Source: an uncultured Thermomicrobia bacterium
GTDB lineage: Bacteria > Chloroflexota > Chloroflexia > Thermomicrobiales > JALYUS01
NCBI GenBank assembly: GCA_937968015.1
Contig: CALBSO010000109.1
Coordinates: 82,115-146,114 of the forward strand
Length of the DNA: 64,000 bases
Direction: 5' to 3'
Positions 52,697-61,883 of the stretch are shown here, piece by piece. The number at the start of each line of letters is the position of its first letter. Within the stretch, counting starts at the first letter, position 1. The translations under genes were made by a program, and so were the position numbers. The notes under the pieces were generated by a model. The model ran no database searches. It worked only from the letters and a program-made list of their open reading frames with translations, and was not told the DNA's origin.

Positions 52697-53449
52697 ATGG
52701 CGAGCGAGGTAGCACGACAAGTTGTCGTCGTGACAGGCGCGAGCAGGGGGATCGGGCGGGCGATCGCGGTGCGATTCGCGCAGGATGGCGCGGCGGTGAT
52801 CGTCAACTACCGGGGCAGTGAGGCGGCGGCGCAGGAGACCGCGCGGTCCGTCATCGAGGCGGGCGGTGAGGCGACGCTCGTGCAGGGCGACGTGAGCAAC
52901 CGCGACGACGCCGAACGGCTGATCGAGACGGCGATCCAACAGTACGGGCGGATTGATGTGCTCGTCAACAACGCCGGTATCACGCGGGACCAACTGCTGA
53001 TGCGAATGACGGATGAAGATTGGGACGCCGTGCTCGACACGAACCTGAAGGGCGCATTCCACACGACGCGCGCCGCCCTCCGACCGATGCTGCGCAAGCG
53101 GAGCGGGCGGATCATCAATATTTCCAGCGTCGTTGGGTTGATCGGGAACGCGGGGCAGGGGAACTACGCCGCCGCGAAGGCGGGCCTGATCGGCTTCACG
53201 AAATCCATCGCGCGCGAAGTCGCCTCGCGCAGCATCACCGTCAATGCGATTGCCCCCGGCTACATCGCGACGGATATGACCGACGCCATCCCGGAAAATA
53301 TGCGCGGCAAACTGCTCGAACAGGTGCCGATGGGCCGCCTCGGGGCGCCGGAAGATGTCGCGGCAGTCGTCGCCTTCGTCGCATCGCCCGCCGCCGCGTA
53401 CATGACCGGCAATGTCTTGCAGGTAGACGGCGGCATGGTGATGCAGTAA
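52697..53449 (+). CDS. fabG: 3-oxoacyl-ACP reductase
   Basis: VTGASRGIGRAIA, NNAGI and YAAAKAG (YxxxK) are present. AAAGGAGG SD. Confidence 0.92.
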   Translation: MASEVARQVVVVTGASRGIGRAIAVRFAQDGAAVIVNYRGSEAAAQETARSVIEAGGEATLVQGDVSNRDDAERLIETAIQQYGRIDVLVNNAGITRDQLLMRMTDEDWDAVLDTNLKGAFHTTRAALRPMLRKRSGRIINISSVVGLIGNAGQGNYAAAKAGLIGFTKSIAREVASRSITVNAIAPGYIATDMTDAIPENMRGKLLEQVPMGRLGAPEDVAAVVAFVASPAAAYMTGNVLQVDGGMVMQ

Positions 53450-53533
53450 AATAGATCACGGAAAGCGGCGCGGGCGGTGTCACAGCCGCCCGTTTCCATG
53501 CCCACGAGTGGACGCTCCGGTGAGGGGTTGACG

Positions 53534-54892
53534 ATGTTGCAGAAGGTGTTGATCGCGAACCGGGGTGAGATTGCGCTGCGGATCTTGCGCGCCTGCCGGG
53601 ATGTGGGATTGCCAGCGGTGGTCGCGTATTCGGAGGCGGACCGGGAGTCGCTACCGGTGCAGTTGGCGGACGAGGCGGTCTGCATCGGGCCGGGGCCGGC
53701 GGCGCAGTCCTATCTGAGCCGACCGCGGATCGTCACAGCGGCGCAACTGACCGGCTGCGACGCGATCCATCCGGGGTACGGCTTCCTCGCGGAGAATGCC
53801 TACATGGCGGAGATGTGCGAGGAATTGGGCATCACCTTCATCGGTCCGCGCGCTGAGACAATTGCGCGAATGGGAGACAAGGCGGCGGCACGCGAGGCGA
53901 TGCGTCATGCCGGGCTGCCGATCCTCCCCGGTCTCGAAACGCCCGCCTCGAACGACGGCGATCTACTACGCGCCGCGCGCCGGATCGGCTTCCCGGTTAT
54001 GCTCAAGGCGGCGGCGGGTGGCGGGGGCAGGGGTATGCGCGTTGTGCGCTCCGAATCCGAACTGGAACGCGTCCTGCCCCTCGCGCGGGCGGAGGCGGAG
54101 GCGGCGTTCGGCAACGGCGAGATGTACATCGAGCGGTTCCTCGAATCGCCGCGCCATATCGAGGTGCAGGTGCTCGGCGACGGTGAGGGCAAAGTCGTCA
54201 TCCTCGGCGAGCGCGATTGCTCGCTCCAGCGGCGGCACCAGAAACTATTGGAAGAGTCGCCCGCGCCAGGTCTCTCGATGAAACAGCGGCAAACGTTGTG
54301 GGACATGGCGGCGCGGGGGACGAAGGAACTGAAGTATCGCGGCGCGGGCACGCTGGAGTTCCTGATGGACGGCGACGGCCGCTTCTTTTTCATGGAAATG
54401 AATACGCGCATCCAGGTCGAGCACCCCGTCTCGGAGATGATCACCGGTGTGGATCTAGTTGTCTGGCAGTTACGGATCGCGGCGGGCGAACCCTTGACGC
54501 TCCCGGAGCGCCCTCGTACGATGCATGGGCACGCGATCGAGTGTCGGATTACGGCGGAAGACCCGGACCGGGGGTTCGCACCATCGCTCGGCACGATTAG
54601 CGAATATGTACCGCCCGGTGGCCCCGGCGTGCGTGTGGACAGCCATCTCTATGCCGGATACCGCGTCCCGCCCTTCTATGACTCGCTTCTTGGCAAGATC
54701 ATCGTCTGGGCGGAGACGCGGGAAGAGGCGATGGACCGGATGCGCCGGGCACTCGAGGAGACGATCATTGGTGGCATCGCCACGACGGTACCGTTCCATC
54801 TCCGCATCCTGCGGGATGCCCGCTTCCGGCGCGGCGAAGTCCACACCCGGTTCGTCGAGCAGATGCTGAGCGGCGAAGCAGCGATGCGATAG
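53534..54892 (+). CDS. accC: acetyl-CoA carboxylase biotin carboxylase subunit
   Basis: KVLIANRGEIALRILRA, MLKAAAGGGGRGMRVV and EMNTRIQVEHPVSE are present. Confidence 0.93.
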   Translation: MLQKVLIANRGEIALRILRACRDVGLPAVVAYSEADRESLPVQLADEAVCIGPGPAAQSYLSRPRIVTAAQLTGCDAIHPGYGFLAENAYMAEMCEELGITFIGPRAETIARMGDKAAAREAMRHAGLPILPGLETPASNDGDLLRAARRIGFPVMLKAAAGGGGRGMRVVRSESELERVLPLARAEAEAAFGNGEMYIERFLESPRHIEVQVLGDGEGKVVILGERDCSLQRRHQKLLEESPAPGLSMKQRQTLWDMAARGTKELKYRGAGTLEFLMDGDGRFFFMEMNTRIQVEHPVSEMITGVDLVVWQLRIAAGEPLTLPERPRTMHGHAIECRITAEDPDRGFAPSLGTISEYVPPGGPGVRVDSHLYAGYRVPPFYDSLLGKIIVWAETREEAMDRMRRALEETIIGGIATTVPFHLRILRDARFRRGEVHTRFVEQMLSGEAAMR

Positions 54893-54900
54893 CAGTTCTA

Positions 54901-54929
54901 TGGTGGGGCAGGCTGAAGTCTGCTGCACT
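54901..54929. repeat. degenerate copy of the GGTGG-GCAGGCTG REP-like element
   Basis: TGGTGGGGCAGGCTGAAGTCTGCTGCACT, 9 nt after the accC stop. It is 24 of 29 identical to 12920-12948, but with stem-breaking substitutions. Confidence 0.6.
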
Positions 54930-54934
54930 GAGAG

Positions 54935-55294
54935 ATGACAATGCACGAAACGGCGGGAGAGCAACTCGGCAGGGTGATCGTCGCGCAGAGTGTGCTCGCG
55001 GCGGTCGTCGAAATGACGGCGCTGAAGGTGCCGGGTGTCGTGCGGACCGCGCCGTATGGGCGGCGGACGGTCCATGTGCGCGTCGAAGGAAACGCCGTCC
55101 ACGCCGACATTGGCATCATCGTTGCAGCGGGAGAACATGTTGCGGATGTGAGCGCGGTCGTACGTCGGCAGGTCGCGGCGGCGATCGAGCGCCTGCTCGG
55201 AATGGAGGCGAAGGAAGTGAACGTCTTTGTCCGCGACATTGAGGGCGTGTTCATACCCCAACATGCCGACCACGCGCCGGAGAGGCAGGGATAG
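54935..55294 (+). CDS. Asp23/Gls24 family protein (YqhY-like)
   Basis: LGRVIVAQSVLAAVVEMTALKVPGVV...VHADIGIIVAAGEHVADVSAVVRRQV is the Asp23 pattern. The accC-asp23-nusB order is as in Bacillus. Confidence 0.8.
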   Translation: MTMHETAGEQLGRVIVAQSVLAAVVEMTALKVPGVVRTAPYGRRTVHVRVEGNAVHADIGIIVAAGEHVADVSAVVRRQVAAAIERLLGMEAKEVNVFVRDIEGVFIPQHADHAPERQG

Positions 55295-55296
55295 CG

Positions 55297-55854
55297 ATGA
55301 CACGATCAACGATCGAGGAGCCGATGCTCCTCCTGAGTGACGAGAGCGATAATCCACCGATCGCTGCCGATCGAGAGACTCCACCCCGCCCCCGGCGGAA
55401 ACGTGCGGGCAGCGACCAGTTTGGCCAGAAGCAACGGAAGGCGCGCGAGGGCGCGTTGCAGGTGCTGTTCGAGGTGGACCTTGTCGGGCACGATGTCGAA
55501 GATGTGCGCGCCCGGCAGTTCGATCAGATGTTGCTCGCCGACGGCTTCCGCGACTATGCGGAACGTCTGGTGAATGGCGTGCTGGCGCACCGGGACGAAT
55601 TGGATGCATTGATCGCCGCCACCGCGCCCGCGTGGCCGCTTGCGCAGTTGCCGCGTGTGGACCTCAACATCCTGCGGCTCGCCCTCTGTGAACTGCTCTA
55701 CAGTACCGATGTGCCGGTGGGCGCGGTGATCAACGAGGCCGTGGAACTGGCGAAGCGCTACGGTAGCGAGAATTCCGGAAAGTTCATCAACGGCACGCTC
55801 GGCACGATCGCGTCGCGCATCGCGGCGGGTGACTTAGCGCGTGGAACCGGATAA
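55297..55854 (+). CDS. nusB: transcription antitermination factor NusB (with about 45-aa N-terminal extension)
   Basis: [13 protein letters not shown]..., [21 protein letters not shown] and [25 protein letters not shown] are present. Confidence 0.9.
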   Translation: MTRSTIEEPMLLLSDESDNPPIAADRETPPRPRRKRAGSDQFGQKQRKAREGALQVLFEVDLVGHDVEDVRARQFDQMLLADGFRDYAERLVNGVLAHRDELDALIAATAPAWPLAQLPRVDLNILRLALCELLYSTDVPVGAVINEAVELAKRYGSENSGKFINGTLGTIASRIAAGDLARGTG

Positions 55855-55874
55855 ACACAACCGAAAAGCCCACA

Positions 55875-55891
55875 CGTACGTATGCTATACT
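55875..55891 (+). promoter_or_regulatory. ACGTACGTA palindrome fused to extended -10 TGcTATACT upstream of acpP
   Basis: CACACGTACGTATGCTATACT, ending about 65 nt before the acpP GTG. Confidence 0.45.
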
Positions 55892-55955
55892 GGGAAAGCG
55901 AGCGCGCAATCCGGCGTGCCGCCGCGTGATATGGATGTTAGCGGAGGAGAGCGGG

Positions 55956-56198
55956 GTGTCCACTTCTACGATCTATGATCGGTTGAAGGGTATCGTCACA
56001 GAGCAGTTGGGCGTGGATGAAGAAGAAATCACGCCTGAGGCATCGTTCGTTGACGATCTCAATGCAGACTCGCTCGACCTGGTCGAGTTGATCATGTCCC
56101 TGGAAGAAGAGTTCGGCCTGGAAATCTCGGATGAAGACGCGGAGAAAATCCTCACAGTCGGTGACGCCGCCAATTACATTGAGGAGCACCAGAGTTAG
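55956..56198 (+). CDS. acpP: acyl carrier protein
   Basis: [24 protein letters not shown] (DSL phosphopantetheine site). GTG 55956 lies 6 nt after GGAGGAGAG and gives an 80-aa protein. Confidence 0.92.
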   Translation: MSTSTIYDRLKGIVTEQLGVDEEEITPEASFVDDLNADSLDLVELIMSLEEEFGLEISDEDAEKILTVGDAANYIEEHQS

Positions 56199-56247
56199 CA
56201 CCATCCCGCGTGGTGGCCGACATGGCAGGGAATGAGGACACATCATA

Positions 56248-57105
56248 ATGGCGAATATCACCACCCGGCCGCCACGGCTTCTCGTCCCATTACGCAATCT
56301 CAATCCGCTCCGCGCCTTCCGCAAGAGCCCGAAGAAGGCGAAGCCGGACGCGGATTTGATGACACTCCAGGAACACCTGATCGAGTTTCGCTCGCGCCTC
56401 GTCAAGTCTATCCTCGCCATTTTCGCGGGGATGATCGTCGGATTCATCTTTGCCGGGCGCGTTTTCAATCACATGTTAGCCATCATCCATTCCGTGAATG
56501 GAAATAGTCAGGTCATTCAGACCGAAGCCACCGAAGGCTTCATGACGTATTTCAAGATCGCACTCTATATCGGTGTTGTCGTTGCCTCACCAATCCTTTT
56601 CTATCAGATCGTCCGGTTCATGGCGCCCGGTCTCTTGCCTCATGAACTGAAGTATCTCCTCTGGGGTATTCCGCTCTCGTCGGCGCTTTTCATCTCCGGC
56701 GTGCTCTTCGCAAACGCCGTGGTGATTCCGTCGTTTCTCAAATTTCTTGTCAATTTCTCGTTCGGCTTCATCGGCACGTTTACCGTGACCGCGAACAACT
56801 TTCTGACCTTCTTTATCAAGATTTCCATCGGTATGGGGCTGATATTCCAGTTGCCGGCATTCCTCTTTCTGCTGGCGAAGATCGGCGTCGTCAATATTGA
56901 CAAGTTGCGGCGCTGGCGCCGGTATGCGTTCCTGATTTGTACGATAGTCGGCGCCGCCATTTCACCGACGCCCGATCCCTTCAATATGATGCTCGTCGCA
57001 CTGCCAATGTACGCGCTCTATGAGGTTGGCGCGATCGCGAGTTACTTCGCGCGGCCACGGGCTGAGCGTGGGCGCTTCTGGCGTCGCCCGAAACTGGCAG
57101 CGTAG
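56248..57105 (+). CDS. tatC: twin-arginine translocase subunit TatC
   Basis: LQEHLIEFRSRLVKSILAI, six TM segments, and PTPDPFNM near the C-terminus. Confidence 0.92.
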   Translation: MANITTRPPRLLVPLRNLNPLRAFRKSPKKAKPDADLMTLQEHLIEFRSRLVKSILAIFAGMIVGFIFAGRVFNHMLAIIHSVNGNSQVIQTEATEGFMTYFKIALYIGVVVASPILFYQIVRFMAPGLLPHELKYLLWGIPLSSALFISGVLFANAVVIPSFLKFLVNFSFGFIGTFTVTANNFLTFFIKISIGMGLIFQLPAFLFLLAKIGVVNIDKLRRWRRYAFLICTIVGAAISPTPDPFNMMLVALPMYALYEVGAIASYFARPRAERGRFWRRPKLAA

Positions 57106-57110
57106 CCAGG

Positions 57111-57131
57111 CAGCAGACAGCAGACAGGCAA
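57111..57131. repeat. tandem heptamers CAGCAGA x2 plus a degenerate unit
   Basis: CAGCAGACAGCAGACAGGCAA, 6 nt after the tatC stop. Unlike the other families it contains no stop triplet. Confidence 0.6.
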
Positions 57132-57177
57132 GGAACGCTCCGACGCATTTCGTCTCGGAGCGTTATTCGTTCCTTGC
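57128..57177. terminator. long two-part hairpin after tatC
   Basis: GCAAGGAACGCTCCGAC-GCATTTC-GTCTCGGAGCGTT-ATT-CGTTCCTTGC, between tatC (+) and the convergent gene ending at 57255. Confidence 0.7.
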
Positions 57178-57254
57178 GATCGTCGCCAGCCAGCAGGATT
57201 GGTGGGGCAGGTTCCCGGGCGCCCTCTGGGTGGCATGCCAGAATCACCAAGAGA

Positions 57255-57647
57255 TTATTGCGATGTGCTGCCCGCTACGGGCTGAGCGCTGCCTGCTGAG
57301 CGCCGCAGCCATTCGGTCGGCTCGATAAGCGCGACGAGAGCAGTTTCGGGGAGCGCGGCGTGACATTCCCAGCAGATCAATTCGTAGATCGTCTTCTCCG
57401 CGACGACTTCCTTATGCACCGACGCTGCGCACTCGCAGCCACAGAAGGGGCAGGCGACGACGGGGACGCGCTTCGTCGGAGGCTGCGCGCGGAGAAGCGC
57501 GGGCGCGGTGGCAGCATCCCGCAGATCATCCTCGCGCTTGATGAGGCGGCCCACGTAGACAATGAAGATGAAGAAGAGCACCTTGAGTACCATCGTCGCG
57601 ATAAAGATGTCCAGTAGGGTGATTTTGGTGGCAAGGATGATCGGCAT
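57255..57647 (-). CDS. membrane-anchored Cys-rich (zinc-ribbon-like) hypothetical protein
   Basis: N-terminal TM helix, then CPFCGCEC...CWEC. High GC3. GAGG lies 5 nt before the ATG. It lies downstream of rqcH on the same strand. Confidence 0.55.
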   Translation of the reverse strand: MPIILATKITLLDIFIATMVLKVLFFIFIVYVGRLIKREDDLRDAATAPALLRAQPPTKRVPVVACPFCGCECAASVHKEVVAEKTIYELICWECHAALPETALVALIEPTEWLRRSAGSAQPVAGSTSQ

Positions 57648-57735
57648 GCTGCGCCTCGGTTGCGTCCAACTGCGCGATGGAAACCGTGATCGAGTAGCGA
57701 TTCCGTAAAAACCATACCACGCACCGGGCGTTTAT

Positions 57736-59610
57736 TCACCCCCGCGCCCGCTCGGAGCTCGGAGCGCGGAGCAAACCTTGTTGCACGAGCTGTTCGAGGC
57801 TGACGGGTTCGACTCGCAGTGTGCGTTCGCCTCGGTAGGTGACCATGCCCGGCCCCGCGCCGGCGATCTTCCGAACGTGTCGTCGCGGCGCGAAATCCAC
57901 CTCAACGTGGCCGGCAGATCGCGCGCTGCTGTAATATGCCGCCAGTCGTGCCGCCATTTCGAGGACTTTCGCGTCATCGGCGGCATGGATAACATGCTCC
58001 GCATTCCATTGGACGATGACATGCGCGCCACCGACGCCCCGCGCGTGGAGCCACGTATCGTCCGGGTGGGAGAGCGAAAACGTGACCTGCTCATTTTGTG
58101 GGCCGCTCCGCCCCACCAGGAGGCGATGGCCCGCCGGTGTCGTGTACGCGCGCGGGCGGCGGGCGGCGGGCGCTTGCGGACGCCCCCGTTGCGGCTGCGT
58201 GGGCGTGGAGGCACGCGTCCCCGCATACGTATGCCACTCCCGTTCGAGGGTGACGAGATCATCGAAGGCGGTCGCCGTTGCCACGAGTGCCGCCATCTGG
58301 CTGAGATAGGCGCGCTCGGTCTCCGCCTGCGCGATCCGCTCCGGCAATCCCTCCGTCGCGCGTTGGGCCTTGCGGTACTGCTCGAAGTACCGCCGCGCGT
58401 TCTCGGATGGCGAGAGCGCGGCATCGAGGGTGATGCTCAGGCCATCGCTCGTCCGCAATGTGGTCTGACGCGGCGCAATCGTGTATGCGTACGCGTAGAT
58501 CGCTTCACCCTTGCGCCGGTTGAGGTCAGCATCTTCCGCGCGCTTCAGTTCGCCCCGAAGGGCCACGAGGCGGGTATCAATCCGTGTTGCGGCATCGGCA
58601 ATCGCCCGGAGGAGGCGGTTGCGCCGCTCGCCGTGGGCGGTTGCCCGCTCCGTCTCGGCGAAAAACCACGCGATGATTGCGGACATCGAAGCGTTTTCCG
58701 CAATAGTCGTCTCCGGTTGCGCGGCGATGGATTCAAGCGGGATCGGCGAGAAGGCGACAGGTATGCCGCCGCGCATGTACAACGCCGGGCGCCACGCGCC
58801 CCCCCGTATCGGTTGAATGATGTCCCGGAGCGCGGCGATGAGCCGGTCGGGATCGCACGCGGTGGCGGCTGCGTCCACGCGGCCAGTGGCACGAAAGGCG
58901 AGTTCGCGCGCGACTTGTGGGCTGATTCCGCCGAGCGATCCGACGAGCATGGATGCGAGGCTCGTCGTTTCGCTCGCGAGCAGGCAGAAGCGCCGGATCT
59001 GCATGACGGTAATCGCGGATGGATCGGCTTTCTCCTGTGGTGGCGGCGGCGCGTACGGCAGATGGGGCAGGATTGGACGGACGCGGCTCGTCGCGGGTGG
59101 CACGCGCTTCAGTGCATCCAGAATGATGCCGTCCGCGCCGACAAGTATGGTGTTCGAATGGCGACCCATAATCTCGATGACGAGCGTCGTTTCATCCAAT
59201 ATCCAATCGAGCGGCAGCACGCCAGGCTCGTCATCGTCCCCCGTGTCATCGCTCTCCGACGGTTCGTCGCGCTCCTTGACGGGCGGATGAGCCTTGACGA
59301 TACTCAGAGCCAACGTCCGCTCGAAGGCGGGCTGTGCCAGTCCGGCGATGCGACCCCCACGCAGATGTTTGCGTGCGAGAAGCAGGAACGGCGTGACGCG
59401 CGCCGCGTCGGCAGTCAGGCGTTGTGAGACAAGGTGGACACGCGCGGATTGCGGATGGTCACTGATCAGGAGTTGTTGGCGCGTGCCGTGTGCGAAGATT
59501 TCGAGGACGAGCGTGCGTTCGTCCGTGAGGCCGACGCGCTGGATGCGGCCACCGACAATCACGGTCGTAAGTTCATCGGCGACGGCGCGCATCGTCAGCG
59601 CATCAAACAC
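57736..59610 (-). CDS. rqcH: NFACT-family ribosome quality control protein RqcH (FbpA/YloA-like)
   Basis: N-terminal MFDALTMRAVADEL...RIQRV, coiled-coil middle, and the C-terminal DUF814 text LLVGRSGPQNEQVTF...WLHARGVGGAHVIV. Confidence 0.88.
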   Translation of the reverse strand: MFDALTMRAVADELTTVIVGGRIQRVGLTDERTLVLEIFAHGTRQQLLISDHPQSARVHLVSQRLTADAARVTPFLLLARKHLRGGRIAGLAQPAFERTLALSIVKAHPPVKERDEPSESDDTGDDDEPGVLPLDWILDETTLVIEIMGRHSNTILVGADGIILDALKRVPPATSRVRPILPHLPYAPPPPQEKADPSAITVMQIRRFCLLASETTSLASMLVGSLGGISPQVARELAFRATGRVDAAATACDPDRLIAALRDIIQPIRGGAWRPALYMRGGIPVAFSPIPLESIAAQPETTIAENASMSAIIAWFFAETERATAHGERRNRLLRAIADAATRIDTRLVALRGELKRAEDADLNRRKGEAIYAYAYTIAPRQTTLRTSDGLSITLDAALSPSENARRYFEQYRKAQRATEGLPERIAQAETERAYLSQMAALVATATAFDDLVTLEREWHTYAGTRASTPTQPQRGRPQAPAARRPRAYTTPAGHRLLVGRSGPQNEQVTFSLSHPDDTWLHARGVGGAHVIVQWNAEHVIHAADDAKVLEMAARLAAYYSSARSAGHVEVDFAPRRHVRKIAGAGPGMVTYRGERTLRVEPVSLEQLVQQGLLRAPSSERARG

Positions 59611-59686
59611 GGGTCATCCTTTCCGGCGCGGCGTGCGTACAGTGAAGTGTACACCGGACGCGGGGGCTTCGCGGAGGAGCGGGACG

Positions 59687-60025
59687 TTGGCGACGGAACT
59701 GATCCATATCGGCTTTGGTCATCTCGTCGCAATGAACCGGGTCGTGGCGATTGTCGCGCCCGCAAGCGCCCCCCTGAAGCGTGTGATGAAGGAAGCGCGC
59801 GATCAGGGGACGCTGATTGACGCGACCTCCGGGCGGCGCACGAAATCCCTCCTCTATCTGGACAACGGGATGGTGCTCGCGGCGGCGCTTGGCCCGGAAA
59901 CGATCGCCGGGCGGCTCAGTGGCTGGCGGCAGGGACGGGCGCCGATGGATGAACCGGATGATGAATCAGCAGGTTTGATCGAAAGTGCCGCGTCATCAGG
60001 CCGGAGAGAGGCGGAATACGCATGA
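59687..60025 (+). CDS. remA: RemA/YlzA (DUF370) family regulator with C-terminal extension
   Basis: ELIHIGFGHLVAMNRVVAIVAPASAPLKRVMKEARDQGTLIDATSGRRTKSLLYLDNGMVLAAALGPETIAGRL matches RemA end to end. TTG 59687 lies 4-5 nt after GGAGGAG. The rest of the 243-aa track ORF is antisense shadow of rqcH. Confidence 0.82.
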   Translation: MATELIHIGFGHLVAMNRVVAIVAPASAPLKRVMKEARDQGTLIDATSGRRTKSLLYLDNGMVLAAALGPETIAGRLSGWRQGRAPMDEPDDESAGLIESAASSGRREAEYA

Positions 60026-60681
60026 CATCTGGCAGTCAGGAAGGCATGAATGAGCGCGCGGACGAGTTGATTGACGCGCTGCGGAACGCCGCCCGCCCCC
60101 TCTTGATCGTCATTTCCGGGCCGTCGGGCGTCGGCAAGGATACGGTCATCGAGCACATGCGCGAGGTGATGCCCGATTGCTATTACGCCGTCACTGCCAC
60201 GACGCGCGAGCGCAGGCCGGGTGAGATCAACGGCGTCCATTATCACTTCCACACCGTGGAAGAATTCAATCGCGAGGTCGAGGCGGGCGAGTTTTTGGAG
60301 CACGCGACGGTCTATGGGAATCTCTACGGCGTTCCGAGAGCACGACTACGGCAGGCCCTACGGCAGGGCAAGGACGTTGTCGTCAAGGTTGATCCTCAGG
60401 GCGCCGCGACGATCCGCCGCCTCGCGCCCGAGGCGCTGATGATCTTCCTGCTCCCACCGGACATGGGCGAACTCTACCGGCGTCTTCGCTCGCGGAAGAC
60501 GGACGACCCTGTCGCCCTCTCTCGCCGCATTGACATCGCCAGCCGGGAGATCGCGACAAGCGAACTTTTCGATTACTTCGTCGTCAATGAATCCGACCAG
60601 ATTGACTACGCGGTCGCGCAGATTCAACAGATCGTCACTGTCGAGAAACTGCGTATTCACCCGCGTGAGGTGGATTTGTAA
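60022..60681 (+). CDS. gmk: guanylate kinase
   Basis: LLIVISGPSGVGKDT, TTRERRPGE.NGVHYHF and YGVP are present. ATGA overlap with the remA stop. Confidence 0.93.
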   Translation: MTSGSQEGMNERADELIDALRNAARPLLIVISGPSGVGKDTVIEHMREVMPDCYYAVTATTRERRPGEINGVHYHFHTVEEFNREVEAGEFLEHATVYGNLYGVPRARLRQALRQGKDVVVKVDPQGAATIRRLAPEALMIFLLPPDMGELYRRLRSRKTDDPVALSRRIDIASREIATSELFDYFVVNESDQIDYAVAQIQQIVTVEKLRIHPREVDL

Positions 60682-61871
60682 TCACGGGATTCCACCTGAA
60701 ACACCAACTGCCAGTGTGGAATTCGGACGACGAAGCCATCGGCGGTCGGCGAAATTGGCCCGCCATTGGGAATGGCGGTCACATGGTACTCCTGGATGCG
60801 CGGTATGCCGCGCGATGCCCAATCGGCGAACACACGATTGAGCCAATCGCCGGTCCATGTATCGCCGTAGACGAGCGCCGTCATGTCTGCCGTACCATCC
60901 ATCGCGTCGGCAAGGCGGATGACGGCTCCATCGTTTTTCGTCACATCGAAGACGCCGTAGCCATGGCCGACGAAGCCGTACCGTGCATCATCCGAGGAGA
61001 CAAAGGCGAAGAGGCGCGGTTGTGTGGTATCCGCGAGCGCGAAGGCGAGCGCGGAAAACCAGCCATGCCGGACGCCCGCGATGGCGCGCGAACCAGCCGG
61101 GGTTTCAAGGAGCGCGGCGATGCGCCCCGCCTCGTGCGCGGCGGTGTTTGTCATCATCAGGCGGAGACCGGGCGCGGCGGCGATGGATCGGGTTCCGGTC
61201 GCGTCGTCACCCATGCTGCCGCGCAGCGGCATGAAGCTACATGGGTAGAGTGACTGACTGCGAAGCACATCGTCCACTTTGACAAAGGCGATGGAGAACT
61301 GCGCTGGGCCGATACTGAGCGGCAGGACAAGTACGCCGCCTGTTTTCAGTTGCGCGACCCATGCGGGCGCGATGTCACCGGCATTCACGGTGAGGATAAT
61401 ACGGTCGTAGGGTGCGTTTCGCGCGTAGCCCATCGCGCCGTCGCCGGTGATGATCTCGATGTCCGTGATGCCAACGGACGCGAGATGCGCGCAGGCGGCG
61501 GCGGTGATGTCCGTATCAATATCCACGGTCGTGACACGCCCGCTCGGGCCGACGAGCGCGCGGAGTAAGGCGGCGTTATACCCGGTGCCCGCGCCGATTT
61601 CCAGCACGTTCATGCCCGATATGAGCGCGAGTTGCTCGAGCATTTCGGCGACCATCGCGGGTTGTGAGGCGCTGGAAATGGAAATATCGCCCGCGAACTT
61701 CGTTGCCACGGCGTCATTCGCGTAGGCGCGTTCGAGCGGTTCATTCGGCAGGAAGCGATGGCGCGGCACGGCGAGCATCGCGGCGCGGACTGTCGCGTCG
61801 TGCAGCACGCCGTCGGCTTCGAGTTGGGCGATGAGCGCGGTGCGGCGTGCGGTCGCTTCGTCCAGTCTCAT
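60657..61871 (-). CDS. protein-L-isoaspartate O-methyltransferase homologue, long form (PIMT domain plus approximately 190-aa C-terminal domain)
   Basis: VPRHRFLP, SASQPAMVAEML and VLEIGAGTGYNAALLA (SAM motif I) match PCMT. Residues about 215-404 have no match I can name. The start lies 12 nt after the def stop. The 3' end overlaps gmk by 25 nt, tail to tail. Confidence 0.8.
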   Translation of the reverse strand: MRLDEATARRTALIAQLEADGVLHDATVRAAMLAVPRHRFLPNEPLERAYANDAVATKFAGDISISSASQPAMVAEMLEQLALISGMNVLEIGAGTGYNAALLRALVGPSGRVTTVDIDTDITAAACAHLASVGITDIEIITGDGAMGYARNAPYDRIILTVNAGDIAPAWVAQLKTGGVLVLPLSIGPAQFSIAFVKVDDVLRSQSLYPCSFMPLRGSMGDDATGTRSIAAAPGLRLMMTNTAAHEAGRIAALLETPAGSRAIAGVRHGWFSALAFALADTTQPRLFAFVSSDDARYGFVGHGYGVFDVTKNDGAVIRLADAMDGTADMTALVYGDTWTGDWLNRVFADWASRGIPRIQEYHVTAIPNGGPISPTADGFVVRIPHWQLVFQVESRDYKSTSRG

Positions 61872-61883
61872 GGAGCGGCGCTC

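Noticed and set aside
59294-59686. N-terminal 131 codons of the 243-aa ORF 59294..60025.
   Set aside because: This part is antisense to rqcH and has no protein-like features. Only the last 112 codons match RemA, and a TTG with a GGAGGAG SD sits exactly at the start of the RemA homology.
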